Below are positions 38,669 through 46,916 of a DNA stretch of 64,000 nt, in pieces. Within the stretch, counting starts at the first letter, position 1. Each line of letters begins with the position of its first letter. The position numbers were made by a program, and so were the translations under genes. The notes under the pieces are model-generated. The model searched no databases, had not been told where the DNA came from, and saw only the letters and a program-made list of their open reading frames with translations. The stretch comes from an uncultured Candidatus Saccharibacteria bacterium (GTDB lineage Bacteria; Patescibacteriota; Saccharimonadia; Saccharimonadales; JAGQNJ01), in the NCBI GenBank assembly GCA_964577565.1, contig CAZNZL010000001.1, forward strand, positions 142,566 to 206,565, read 5' to 3'.

Positions 38669-39007
38669 CTATCTTTCTTCGGTTGATAATTGGTTTAGGC
38701 CTGGAGCTGGCTGGTCGAGGCCAACAACAGACTGCAATAGCTCAGGGCTAACATCTTTACGCGGAACGATTTCAAACATCTCGCCGCCGCTTCTACCTAA
38801 ACCTGCTGGGCGTACAAAAAAGGCTTGGGGCTCACCAGATCCACCCGTATCAAGCGTCAAGGCCTCTTGTGGATGGGTTACATCTACGATGGTTACCTGT
38901 CTAATCGCACGTAAAAATCCTGTATCTACCCAACCAAATGCACCAGGAGCAAAAGAGCGAACTTTATCAACTAACTCTACTGCTGAGCGTTCTGGGCTTC
39001 GCGACAT
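38669..39007 (-). CDS. hypothetical 112-aa protein, first gene of the cassette
   Basis: ATG lies 4 nt after the rplK TAA; a GAAGG SD lies inside the rplK 3' end. Confidence 0.55.
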   Translation of the reverse strand: MSRSPERSAVELVDKVRSFAPGAFGWVDTGFLRAIRQVTIVDVTHPQEALTLDTGGSGEPQAFFVRPAGLGRSGGEMFEIVPRKDVSPELLQSVVGLDQPAPGLNQLSTEER

Positions 39008-39011
39008 AGTT

Positions 39012-39443
39012 TTAACCTTCTACTTCTACTCCCATTGAGCGAGCGGTTCCGGCAACCATTTTCTTAACGGCCTCGACATCATCGGTGTTCATGTCATTAG
39101 CTTTCGTTTGAGCGATTTCAGTTAACTGTGCATCATTCAGTTTTTTTGCAACCTTTTCACTGTTGGGCTTACCAGAGCCTTTATCGATGCCGAGTTTGGC
39201 ACGAATCATGTCGTCAGTTGGTTGGCCAACAACCCTAAAATCCATACTACGATCATCATAGATGGTAATATGAGCAGTTACCGTAACATTGCCCATGTCA
39301 CGAGTTTGTTCGTTGAATGGATTAACAAAATCCATCATGTTAACACCGTACTGACCAAGTGTGCTACCTACAGGAGGGCCTGCACTGGCTTTGCCAGCTG
39401 GTATCTTCATCTTTAGATTAGCTTTAACTTCTTTTTGTGCCAT
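39012..39443 (-). CDS. rplK: ribosomal protein L11
   Basis: KMKIPAGKASAGPPVGSTLGQYGVNMMDF; SD AAAGGAA before ATG 39443. Confidence 0.95.
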   Translation of the reverse strand: MAQKEVKANLKMKIPAGKASAGPPVGSTLGQYGVNMMDFVNPFNEQTRDMGNVTVTAHITIYDDRSMDFRVVGQPTDDMIRAKLGIDKGSGKPNSEKVAKKLNDAQLTEIAQTKANDMNTDDVEAVKKMVAGTARSMGVEVEG

Positions 39444-39503
39444 CGTTATTTCCTTTGCATATTGTATCGCTGAAGCATGCGATGTAATGTGCGTAACTTT
39501 ACT

Positions 39504-39532
39504 ATTATAACAAAAACTACCCCTGTTGTCCA
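39504..39532 (-). promoter_or_regulatory. near-consensus promoter for rplK
   Basis: Minus strand: TGGACA (39532-39527), 17 nt, TATAAT (39509-39504). The -35 lies inside the last codons of the inserted ORF 39517-39774. Confidence 0.5.
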
Positions 39533-39774
39533 GTGTGATGATGTCTTGGGTTATCTGGATTTCTATCATCATCTAAAGGGAGGAATTTACCCACCGTGCG
39601 CATTTTGTCTGATATATCCCACATGCGTGGGTCTCCTGACCTAACTGCATCCATAAATTGGGCATACAATTCTTGCCAATAGGCTTCGGTAAAGGCTCCA
39701 TCGGTTGGGTCTCTCAAAAAATTTGCTTCTGCTATTTCGGCAAAAGTTGGTAATGAGCTTTCAGGCGTAGACAT
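39517..39774 (-). CDS. hypothetical acidic 85-aa protein inserted between nusG and rplK
   Basis: ATG lies 5 nt after the nusG TAG; no motif recognised. Confidence 0.55.
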   Translation of the reverse strand: MSTPESSLPTFAEIAEANFLRDPTDGAFTEAYWQELYAQFMDAVRSGDPRMWDISDKMRTVGKFLPLDDDRNPDNPRHHHTGQQG

Positions 39775-39779
39775 GATGA

Positions 39780-40322
39780 CTACACTCTCTTAACTTGTAG
39801 AGAGTCAAGTTCAACCGGTGTTTCGCGGCCAAACATGTTAACAAGTACTTTAAGCTTGCCTTTTTGAGCGTCAATCTCGTTAATAGAGCCGTCAAAACCC
39901 TTAAACGGACCATCAACAATGTTAACAACCTCGCCAATGCGGTAGTCAATCTTATGCTTGGGTTCGGCGCGGCCCATACGCTTCATGATTTTTTCAATCT
40001 CAGCCTCGCTTACCGGGCTTGGTTCAGTACCACTACCAACAAAGCCGGTTACGCTTGGCGTGTTTCGTACAATGTACCATGCATCTTCGGTTAGCTTCAT
40101 TTGTACCAACACGTATCCTTGAAAAATGCGTTTTTCTACTACTTTACGTTTGCCGTTTTTAACCTCGATCATTTTTTCTTTTGGTACTAATACCTGAAAA
40201 ATTTTGTCTTTCATGTCTAAACTGTCGGCACGCTGCCGAATGCTTTCAGCAACTTTTTCTTCATAACCGCTATAAGTATGAATCGCATACCATTGCTTTG
40301 ATGAATCATAACGTTTATTCAT
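39780..40322 (-). CDS. nusG: transcription termination/antitermination factor NusG
   Basis: KQWYAIHTYSGYEEKV NGN domain; KOW region GEVVNIVDGPFKGFDGSI. Confidence 0.95.
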   Translation of the reverse strand: MNKRYDSSKQWYAIHTYSGYEEKVAESIRQRADSLDMKDKIFQVLVPKEKMIEVKNGKRKVVEKRIFQGYVLVQMKLTEDAWYIVRNTPSVTGFVGSGTEPSPVSEAEIEKIMKRMGRAEPKHKIDYRIGEVVNIVDGPFKGFDGSINEIDAQKGKLKVLVNMFGRETPVELDSLQVKRV

Positions 40323-40391
40323 CCCGTTAGAATCCTCTCTTTCTTGATGTGGTTATAGATAAACTCATTTTCGTGTTTCTAGCGGAACTCA

Positions 40392-40760
40392 TTATAGTAA
40401 TACCTCTTTAAATAATTTATCGAGCCCGTAGTCAACAACTGCAATTAATAACCCAAAACCAATCGCAAATGCAAAAACGGCTATAGTAAGCTGGGCTGTT
40501 TCGCGCCTACCTGGCCATGTTACCTTACGAAGCTCTTGCCAGCTTGCTTGTAAATACCCAAGAAAAAGAATTTTAGATATGATCTTGCCAATAAACCGAA
40601 ACGGCTTTGCTTTGAAGGGACGGGCGGCAAACTTAGCTGGCTTTATGGCTTTTTGGCCAACTACTGACGCAGAACGACGCATGCGCCCTAAGCGCTTGTT
40701 GGTCTTAGCTGACTCAGTTTTAGCTTTACCTTTTGTTGGTAATTTTCGGGTACGGGCCAC
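40392..40760 (-). CDS. secE: preprotein translocase subunit SecE with a roughly 60-aa basic N-terminal extension
   Basis: C-terminal SWQELRKVTWPGRRETAQLTIAVFAFAIGFGLLIAVVD. Confidence 0.85.
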   Translation of the reverse strand: MARTRKLPTKGKAKTESAKTNKRLGRMRRSASVVGQKAIKPAKFAARPFKAKPFRFIGKIISKILFLGYLQASWQELRKVTWPGRRETAQLTIAVFAFAIGFGLLIAVVDYGLDKLFKEVLL

Positions 40761-40781
40761 AAAATTCTCCTAAAATAAAAT

Positions 40782-40801
40782 ACCTACTATAAATAGTAGG
40801 T
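40782..40801 (-). terminator. AT-rich hairpin followed by a T-rich tract after the PAS kinase gene
   Basis: Minus strand: ACCTACTAtttaTAGTAGGTattttatttt. Confidence 0.4.
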
Positions 40802-40843
40802 CGACATGTCAATACTACTACATTGGCACAGTGAAGTCAATGT

Positions 40844-41956
40844 TTAGTTTAGGTTAGGAAAAGCAATTGTAAAAAGTGAACCTTTGTTAAGCTCGCTTTT
40901 TACATCTATGCGGGCATGAATAAGGTTGGCTAACTTCATGGTGACATACAAGCCAAGTCCCGTGCCGCTAGTTTCTCGGGTGCGAAAATCTTCTGACCTA
41001 AAAAACTTTTCAAAGATTTTTGCTTGGTCATTTCGGCTGATGCCAATGCCGGTGTCTTGTATATAAAACATTACTCCGTTTGGTTGCTGTCGGGCTCCAA
41101 TGGCAACACCGCCCTTTTCCGTATATTTTACGGCGTTGGTAATAAAGTTTTGTAATATTTCACGCACATATAATTTACTAGAACGCAGTAATTCGAGTTT
41201 TGGGTCAAGGTCAACGGTAAGCTGCAATCCTTTTTTTTGTGCTTCCGGAAGGTAGCTATTATAAAGCTCTGTTATGAGCTCATGAATATTTATACTTTCG
41301 ATATCAACGGCTAGACGTTGACGTTCAGCGCGTGAAAGCGTTGAAAGGTCATTGATCATCTCGCTCAAGAAAACAATTTGCTCATGCGCTTGTTTTAAGG
41401 CTTGATTTACCTTTTGTAAATCGCCGCCACGTTCTGCGGCAATCAGCGCATTACTAATGTTGCCCTCTGCAATCGTGATCGGTGTACGTAGCTCATGGCT
41501 GACAACGCTAATAAATTCGTCTCTCTCCTCTTCTAGTGATTTTTCTCGGGTAATATCACGCAATAATATAACGTGCCCCTCTGCCCCTTTTTGGCCGTAC
41601 CCAAGCCTAACGGGCGCTATGCTGATATATAGGTTAATAACGCTTCCGTCTGGATACTGAAGCCTAAAATCTCTGTTTGAATAGGCAACATGTGTTTCGC
41701 TTATAAGTCGAGTTACATTTACTAACTGGCCATTCTTATCGATGAGACGCAATACCTCGCTCAGCGGTTTGTTGGTAATCGCGGTGTTAATATCAAGAAT
41801 ATTAAGCGTTGCCCCATTGTAAATAGCGACCCGCTGCTGGTTGTCAATTGCCAGCACGCCGTCTCCCATACTGTTAATAAGGCTATTGAGGCGCTCATGT
41901 TCAAGAGTAGTGTTTTTGTTGGGCCAGACTGGTTTGTTTTGACCTTGCGTATCCAT
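40844..41956 (-). CDS. cytoplasmic PAS-domain sensor histidine kinase (orphan, no adjacent regulator)
   Basis: PAS-like N-terminus (SMGDGVLAIDNQQRVAIYNGA), H-box SHELRTP, HATPase blocks (DTGIGI, GTGLGL). Confidence 0.85.
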   Translation of the reverse strand: MDTQGQNKPVWPNKNTTLEHERLNSLINSMGDGVLAIDNQQRVAIYNGATLNILDINTAITNKPLSEVLRLIDKNGQLVNVTRLISETHVAYSNRDFRLQYPDGSVINLYISIAPVRLGYGQKGAEGHVILLRDITREKSLEEERDEFISVVSHELRTPITIAEGNISNALIAAERGGDLQKVNQALKQAHEQIVFLSEMINDLSTLSRAERQRLAVDIESINIHELITELYNSYLPEAQKKGLQLTVDLDPKLELLRSSKLYVREILQNFITNAVKYTEKGGVAIGARQQPNGVMFYIQDTGIGISRNDQAKIFEKFFRSEDFRTRETSGTGLGLYVTMKLANLIHARIDVKSELNKGSLFTIAFPNLN

Positions 41957-41986
41957 CAGTAGTTATTATGACATAGTTCTTATGAT

Positions 41987-42685
41987 TTAAGTGGTAATAA
42001 TGTCGGGTGAGTACTGCTTCAATGTACGCCTTAGTTCGCGATACTGCGGTTGGTGCACTTCTACCAGCTGCCAAAAATCTTTGCTGTGATTCATATGAAC
42101 CGTATGGGCCAGTTCATGTATAATTACGTAATCGATCACCTCCCACGGCAGCTGAATTAGAAATAAACTAAAGGCTAGATCTTGTTTGCTGCTGCAACTC
42201 CCCCAGCGACTGCGGAGGTTTTTAATCTCAATTTTGCCCACCGAAAAATGAAAGCGTTCAGCAAACTGTCTCACTCGCGGTAGAATGAGCTCTTCGGCTT
42301 CTATCATTAAAGCGCGTCGAGTATAGAGTTCAAGCTTTTTTTGGACTACTGCAGACTCGATGGTGGCATCAATCGGCACCTTAACATTAATTTTCTCCGG
42401 TAAAATCCTACCAGAAATTCGATTGCCACTACCATGGGCAATATGTAAAGAATGCCGTTTGCCAATCTGTACACCATCAGCTAATAAATGTTTAGTTTTG
42501 CGGTGTTGATTGATCCAGTCGACACGCTGTAAAACATATAAAAGCGCAGCCTTATAAGGCATCCAATTGGGCATCGTAATACGAACATCATTACCATTTA
42601 TGCGAATACGCACATTACGTGCACCACGCCGTTTATAAAATGGAAGCTCACCAACGCCTTCTACATGAAGAATCTTTTGTGGCAT
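41987..42685 (-). CDS. M48/YgjP-like (DUF45) metal-dependent hydrolase
   Basis: WGSCS...IHELAHTVHMNHS (HExxH). Confidence 0.78.
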   Translation of the reverse strand: MPQKILHVEGVGELPFYKRRGARNVRIRINGNDVRITMPNWMPYKAALLYVLQRVDWINQHRKTKHLLADGVQIGKRHSLHIAHGSGNRISGRILPEKINVKVPIDATIESAVVQKKLELYTRRALMIEAEELILPRVRQFAERFHFSVGKIEIKNLRSRWGSCSSKQDLAFSLFLIQLPWEVIDYVIIHELAHTVHMNHSKDFWQLVEVHQPQYRELRRTLKQYSPDIITT

Positions 42686-43341
42686 TATCGAATAGTAATG
42701 TTGCGACGTGTCATGTCGACTCGACCAGCTGTCGGCACAAGATTTACAAGGCCAGGTTTAACAACATTTTGAGATACATTTTCAGGTTTAATAAGTTTAA
42801 GATCATAAAACTTACGCGCTAACGCACTGCGCTGCATAGGGAACGAGTGCTTTCCGCTTAAAACGATGTAGTCTTCATCGTGCCCGGGGTTTTGCATATG
42901 TCCGGTAATTTCGTCAAATAATGGTCGATCAATAACCTGGGCAACTTTGTCTTCACTTTTTCGCCTATCACGTTGAGAGGCGCGCGCAAAGGCGCTTTCT
43001 GGGTCAATTTGTAGCCACACAAGAACATGCTGCGCCTTCTTTTTACGCGCTATGTCGCGCAAGATCCGGCGTTGACTTTTTTTGATTGCATTGGTATCAA
43101 AAATAACGCTTACTCCCGCCTCTAAAAACTCCTCTGTCATATACTCCATGAGGCGATCTACAATTTCGTTTTCGGCTTTGTCATATCGTGGCGTTTCAAA
43201 AAGCTGGTACCGTATTTTGTCACCGTATACATGGGCAGCTTTTATGGTGCTACCCATATTTTGTGCAAAATAAGTTTTACCAGACCCAGGAAAGCCGTAC
43301 AGCATAATAAGTGTCGGTTTGCTCAACTCGAGTTTTGCCAT
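42685..43341 (-). CDS. P-loop kinase-like ATPase (AAA_33/zeta-toxin-like fold)
   Basis: LYGFPGSGKTYFA Walker A; ATG 43341 is preferred over the upstream start at 43389. Confidence 0.65.
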   Translation of the reverse strand: MAKLELSKPTLIMLYGFPGSGKTYFAQNMGSTIKAAHVYGDKIRYQLFETPRYDKAENEIVDRLMEYMTEEFLEAGVSVIFDTNAIKKSQRRILRDIARKKKAQHVLVWLQIDPESAFARASQRDRRKSEDKVAQVIDRPLFDEITGHMQNPGHDEDYIVLSGKHSFPMQRSALARKFYDLKLIKPENVSQNVVKPGLVNLVPTAGRVDMTRRNITIR

Positions 43342-43488
43342 GGTACTTATTGTATAACAGATTATCAAGTTTATGAAAAGTATTGTCACATCGGTGACAA
43401 AAAATATACAGGATGTAATTCGGTAGTTTACTTATTCATGAAAATTCATGAGTCATTAATGAAGGAGCGTAGCCCTGTTTGTTAGAAC

Positions 43489-43521
43489 GTAGGTTATATA
43501 ACCTACAATCAGTGGTATAAT
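43489..43521 (+). promoter_or_regulatory. perfect 18-bp palindrome next to an extended -10 box upstream of the LAGLIDADG-like ORF
   Basis: GTAGGTTATATAACCTAC (43489-43506); TGgTATAAT (-10 at 43516-43521), only 6 nt before the GTG at 43528. Confidence 0.35.
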
Positions 43522-43527
43522 TTATTT

Positions 43528-44019
43528 GTGAATGTAAGAGTGGCAGCAATGAACGCAGCACGTCAGCAAAAAGCTATAGAACGTGACAAGCTGCTGGCGG
43601 AACGGGCGGAAGCAATAGTCAGCGGTTTCGGAATTAACACAAATCATCACAGAATATTGTGCGCCATAATGTACTGGTGTGAAGGCGAAAAGTCTACAGG
43701 GTCAGGTGTGCGCTTTATGAACTCGGATCCAATAATGATTAAGCTCTTTATATCATCTTTGCGCAAAGGATTCGATATCGATGAAACAAAATTTCGTGCT
43801 CTCGTGCAGTTACATCAATACCATAACGAAACACAACAAATTGAGTTCTGGTCCGAAATTACTTGCATACCAACACATCAGTTTCATAGATCATATATAA
43901 AATCTAATACTGGCACGAATAGTCGCGAAGGGTACCCCGGTTGTTTGAGCTTACGTTATGGTGATTCAAGTCTCGCAAAACTCCTTAAAATGATATATAG
44001 TAATCTAAGTAAAATTTAG
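43528..44019 (+). CDS. LAGLIDADG-like (single-motif, I-CreI-sized) homing-endonuclease-family protein
   Basis: 163 aa. ILCAIMYWCEGEKS at the position of the LAGLIDADG helix, followed by RFMNSDPIMIKLF. The stop TAG overlaps the first 2 nt of tRNA-Trp. Assignment rests on motif memory only. Confidence 0.4.
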   Translation: MNVRVAAMNAARQQKAIERDKLLAERAEAIVSGFGINTNHHRILCAIMYWCEGEKSTGSGVRFMNSDPIMIKLFISSLRKGFDIDETKFRALVQLHQYHNETQQIEFWSEITCIPTHQFHRSYIKSNTGTNSREGYPGCLSLRYGDSSLAKLLKMIYSNLSKI

Positions 44020-44093
44020 GGGCATAGTGTTAATGGCTAGCACGGGAGTCTCCAAAACTTCTAGTTCGGGTTCAAATCCTGATGCCCCTGCCA
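44018..44093 (+). tRNA. tRNA-Trp (anticodon CCA), CCA encoded
   Basis: AGGGGCATAGTGTTAATGGCTAGCACGGGAGTCTCCAAAACTTCTAGTTCGGGTTCAAATCCTGATGCCCCTGCCA. Cloverleaf checked by hand. Confidence 0.9.
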
Positions 44094-44539
44094 CATAGGT
44101 TGAAGTGTCTGAAACACGATTTCATCAACCTTTTCGCTACGGTTATTTTGTCCGTTTTTTGTAGTTCTATCAACTAATTTTAAAGATCTCAAGTTCTCCA
44201 TCGATTCTGCGCTTTTGTTTGCAAATAGACGCGCGTATTTAGTGAAGCTAACAGATACATTTTTACCCTCTGACGTGAATTCTTCGAAAAGTTCTATCAA
44301 AATACTGCGCTTCTCGTCAGATTCTGGTGTCCTCTCGGTTTGCGTCAGGACTTCTGGCGCTTTACCTATGCCGTAGAGTTTTTTGTCTTTTGAGCTTTAG
44401 TAATCCCGCTAGCAGCACCGTTTGTCCAGACCTAGGCTACAGAATAGCGGTGATATTTTATATGTAAAAAATCCAGTAGGTTATAAGCGTCTGACCACTG
44501 CCTTACTTAATCCATCCTTTGGTTATCATAAAAAACCAT

Positions 44540-44941
44540 TTAGGAGATCATTTGCGCTGCGCTTCTAATGTGGTGACGAAACTTTGTAAGTGGTAGCTTG
44601 TCTAGCTCAAACATACCAGTCTGCGCGACTTCTTTTGTGGGCTTAATTGCCCCAAGATCTAGGTTAATTTTAACAATGTATCTGTAATCTGGTGAATGAG
44701 GTATCCTGGCCTTTATGATTTTCTTTACCGCGCTTTTATCGGCAAGATCAACGCCTAGCTCCTCTGAAATCTCTCGTTTAATAGCCTCCCAGACTGTTTC
44801 ATTAGGCTCAATTTTACCGCCGGGGAGCTTCCAGTTTGGGTCGTCAACTTCTAAAACCAATAAAATACGAGTATCGTTTAAACATATAATACGCACCACA
44901 TCCTTCAGTGGTGTGGCGCAATATTCATCCAACAGTTCCAT
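44540..44941 (-). CDS. NUDIX hydrolase
   Basis: Nudix box GGKIEPNETVWEAIKREISEELGV. Confidence 0.85.
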   Translation of the reverse strand: MELLDEYCATPLKDVVRIICLNDTRILLVLEVDDPNWKLPGGKIEPNETVWEAIKREISEELGVDLADKSAVKKIIKARIPHSPDYRYIVKINLDLGAIKPTKEVAQTGMFELDKLPLTKFRHHIRSAAQMIS

Positions 44942-44944
44942 GAA

Positions 44945-45151
44945 TTAGCGTTTTTTAGGTTTTACTTCGTTACGGCCCAAACTTTTTTTGGTTTCAGTAA
45001 ACAAAACATGTTTTCGCAATTTTGGATCGTATTTACGAAGTTGAAGTTTATCAGGTGTATTCTGATGATTTTTGATTGTGTAGTAATTACGATTGCCCGA
45101 TTCTTCGGAAACAAGACCAATAACTTTACGCTTAGCTGACTTTTTTGCCAT
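44945..45151 (-). CDS. rpmG: ribosomal protein L33
   Basis: [55 protein letters not shown]; SD AAAGGTGAGG before ATG 45151. Confidence 0.85.
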   Translation of the reverse strand: MAKKSAKRKVIGLVSEESGNRNYYTIKNHQNTPDKLQLRKYDPKLRKHVLFTETKKSLGRNEVKPKKR

Positions 45152-45353
45152 TCTTTGTAACCTCACCTTTCTTTGGCATGATGATTGCAAGTACGATATA
45201 ACCAATGATTCCAGGAATTGCACCTGTCATAACAGCTAATAATGCATAACCAGCACGAATCAGCGTAGGGTCAATATCAAAATATTCTGCAATACCGGCA
45301 CAAACACCATCAATAATCTTATTGTCTTCTGATTTGTATAGTATTTTTTTCAC
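45132..45353 (-). CDS. PspC-domain membrane protein
   Basis: [29 protein letters not shown] plus one TM segment. The 3' end overlaps the rpmG start by 20 nt. Confidence 0.8.
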   Translation of the reverse strand: MKKILYKSEDNKIIDGVCAGIAEYFDIDPTLIRAGYALLAVMTGAIPGIIGYIVLAIIMPKKGEVTKNGKKVS

Positions 45354-45389
45354 TTTGATAATAATAACAGATATTAAGAATTAATTCAA

Positions 45390-45464
<75 letters not shown>

Positions 45465-45564
45465 ATAACCGACCTATTTTAACAGATTGAATCCATTATA
45501 TGAACAGTCTTACATAATATTGCGAACGATGTTCACTATTTATATATATGACTGTATCAAAATT

Positions 45565-45918
45565 CTACTCGTTGGGAGGTCGCTGTTGTACTAACTCTAT
45601 CTTTCGACCATCATAATCTTGAACAACTGCTATTCTTCCCCTAGAGGTATCTTTGGGCGGCATTACAACTCTGTCTTCTGCTAATTGAGAAATTATTTCA
45701 TCAACCGAGCCAACAGTGAAGCCGATTCTTGGCTCTCCGCCATCCGGATAAAGTTCAAAGACAAAATCGCCCAACTCTGCTGCATAATGCTTAGGTCCAT
45801 CACCATGTTTTTCTTCCTCGAATTCCAGCCCTAATGATGAATAAAATTCAACGGACTCTTCTAAATGACCTGTTCTAAATACGCTTAAATTTATCTGTGG
45901 GTATTCCATAGTAGCCAT
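45565..45918 (-). CDS. VOC (glyoxalase/bleomycin-resistance) family protein
   Basis: 117 aa. LEESVEFYSSLGLEF...HYAAELGDFVFELY...GRKIELVQ, a paired beta-alpha-beta-beta-beta pattern. ATG lies 5 nt after the tRNA-Tyr 3' end. Confidence 0.7.
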   Translation of the reverse strand: MATMEYPQINLSVFRTGHLEESVEFYSSLGLEFEEEKHGDGPKHYAAELGDFVFELYPDGGEPRIGFTVGSVDEIISQLAEDRVVMPPKDTSRGRIAVVQDYDGRKIELVQQRPPNE

Positions 45919-45923
45919 AGTTG

Positions 45924-46009
45924 TGGTGCAGGGAGAGGGATTCGAACCCCCGAAGGCATAAGCCAGCAGATTTACAGTCTGCCGTGTTTGACCGCTTCAC
46001 TATCCCTGC
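45924..46009 (-). tRNA. tRNA-Tyr (anticodon GUA), long variable arm, CCA encoded
   Basis: Reverse complement is GCAGGGATAGTGAAGCGGTCAAACACGGCAGACTGTAAATCTGCTGGCTTATGCCTTCGGGGGTTCGAATCCCTCTCCCTGCACCA. Confidence 0.9.
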
Positions 46010-46088
46010 ATAACTAGCTATGTAATAGCTAGTAAACACTTCTCTGAACTTCCCTCAACGTGCTTAGATGTTCTCGCAATATATCTAA

Positions 46089-46165
46089 TGGAGCCGCCTG
46101 TCGGATTCGAACCGACGACTTACAGTTTACAAAACTGTCGCTCTAACCAACTGAGCTAAGGCGGC
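46089..46165 (-). tRNA. tRNA-Thr (anticodon UGU), CCA encoded
   Basis: Reverse complement is GCCGCCTTAGCTCAGTTGGTTAGAGCGACAGTTTTGTAAACTGTAAGTCGTCGGTTCGAATCCGACAGGCGGCTCCA. Confidence 0.9.
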
Positions 46166-46236
46166 ATCTAATTACGCGTATATTTGAGTCTTCTGCATTC
46201 TCGGCTTGCACCCCGAAAATTTTAGCATAACAGAGG

Positions 46237-46896
46237 TTAAATTACAACTCGACGCTTTGGCCGAACAACTCGTTTTGGTTTGCCACTAGGCACGACAAGC
46301 TTAGATAGCCGTTTATCAATAGCTGCTGCTTCTTCCTCTTGTCCGCGGCTTTCGTAGGCACGGTGCAAAAGTGAAAGTGATTCTTTGTTCGGTTCTAGTT
46401 CAACAGCTTTTTCTAATTCTTGGAACATTAACTTATCATTGCCGAGTTTTTCTTGAACTTTAGCATAAGCTATATGCCGAGCGGCTAAATCGTCCTCTAA
46501 TTTAAGCGCTTGCTCAAATGCGGTGGCAGCCTTGTCGTAATGTTCAGTTTCGTAATAAATAAGGCCAAGGTTGTGTAGGCTCGAGGGGCTTGGTTCAATG
46601 CTTGAGGCAATCTCAAAACAATCAATCGCGTCCTTATATTCTTTTTGTTTAGCATATAAAATACCCAGGCGGTTATAAGCCGCTGCGTTTTTTTCATCAA
46701 TTTTAAGAATAGTTAGAAGTGCCTTTTCGGCACGCAAAAAACGGTTCTCGCGCATACCCTGATGAGCAATATCCCATAGCTGCCCTAATTTACCACTAAC
46801 TTTTAATGATAAGGGCGATAGATCGTCTTCTTCGATCACCGCGCTTCTAAACGCAAAATAGGCAAATATAACTAAAATAATTAACGCTAGCATCAA
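46237..46896 (-). CDS. membrane-anchored TPR-repeat protein
   Basis: N-terminal TM segment, then 4-5 TPR-like repeats (AAAYNRLGILYAKQKEYKDAIDCFEIASSIEP...). Confidence 0.8.
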   Translation of the reverse strand: MMLALIILVIFAYFAFRSAVIEEDDLSPLSLKVSGKLGQLWDIAHQGMRENRFLRAEKALLTILKIDEKNAAAYNRLGILYAKQKEYKDAIDCFEIASSIEPSPSSLHNLGLIYYETEHYDKAATAFEQALKLEDDLAARHIAYAKVQEKLGNDKLMFQELEKAVELEPNKESLSLLHRAYESRGQEEEAAAIDKRLSKLVVPSGKPKRVVRPKRRVVI

Positions 46897-46916
46897 CGTG
46901 AATTATTATACACTCG

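Noticed and set aside
38154-39774. The idea that the operon-inserted ORFs are very recent horizontal acquisitions, for example from a high-GC host.
   Set aside because: By eye their base composition and codon style are close to the flanking r-protein genes. The junctions carry embedded SD and promoter elements. Both point to long residence. Not quantified here.
44061-44300. 79-aa minus-strand ORF overlapping tRNA-Trp.
   Set aside because: It has a TTG start only and no SD, and its C-terminal 11 codons are the antisense of the tRNA. The longer open frame upstream has no ATG. At best it is a decayed remnant (mentioned under the tRNA-Trp finding), so it was not called as a gene.
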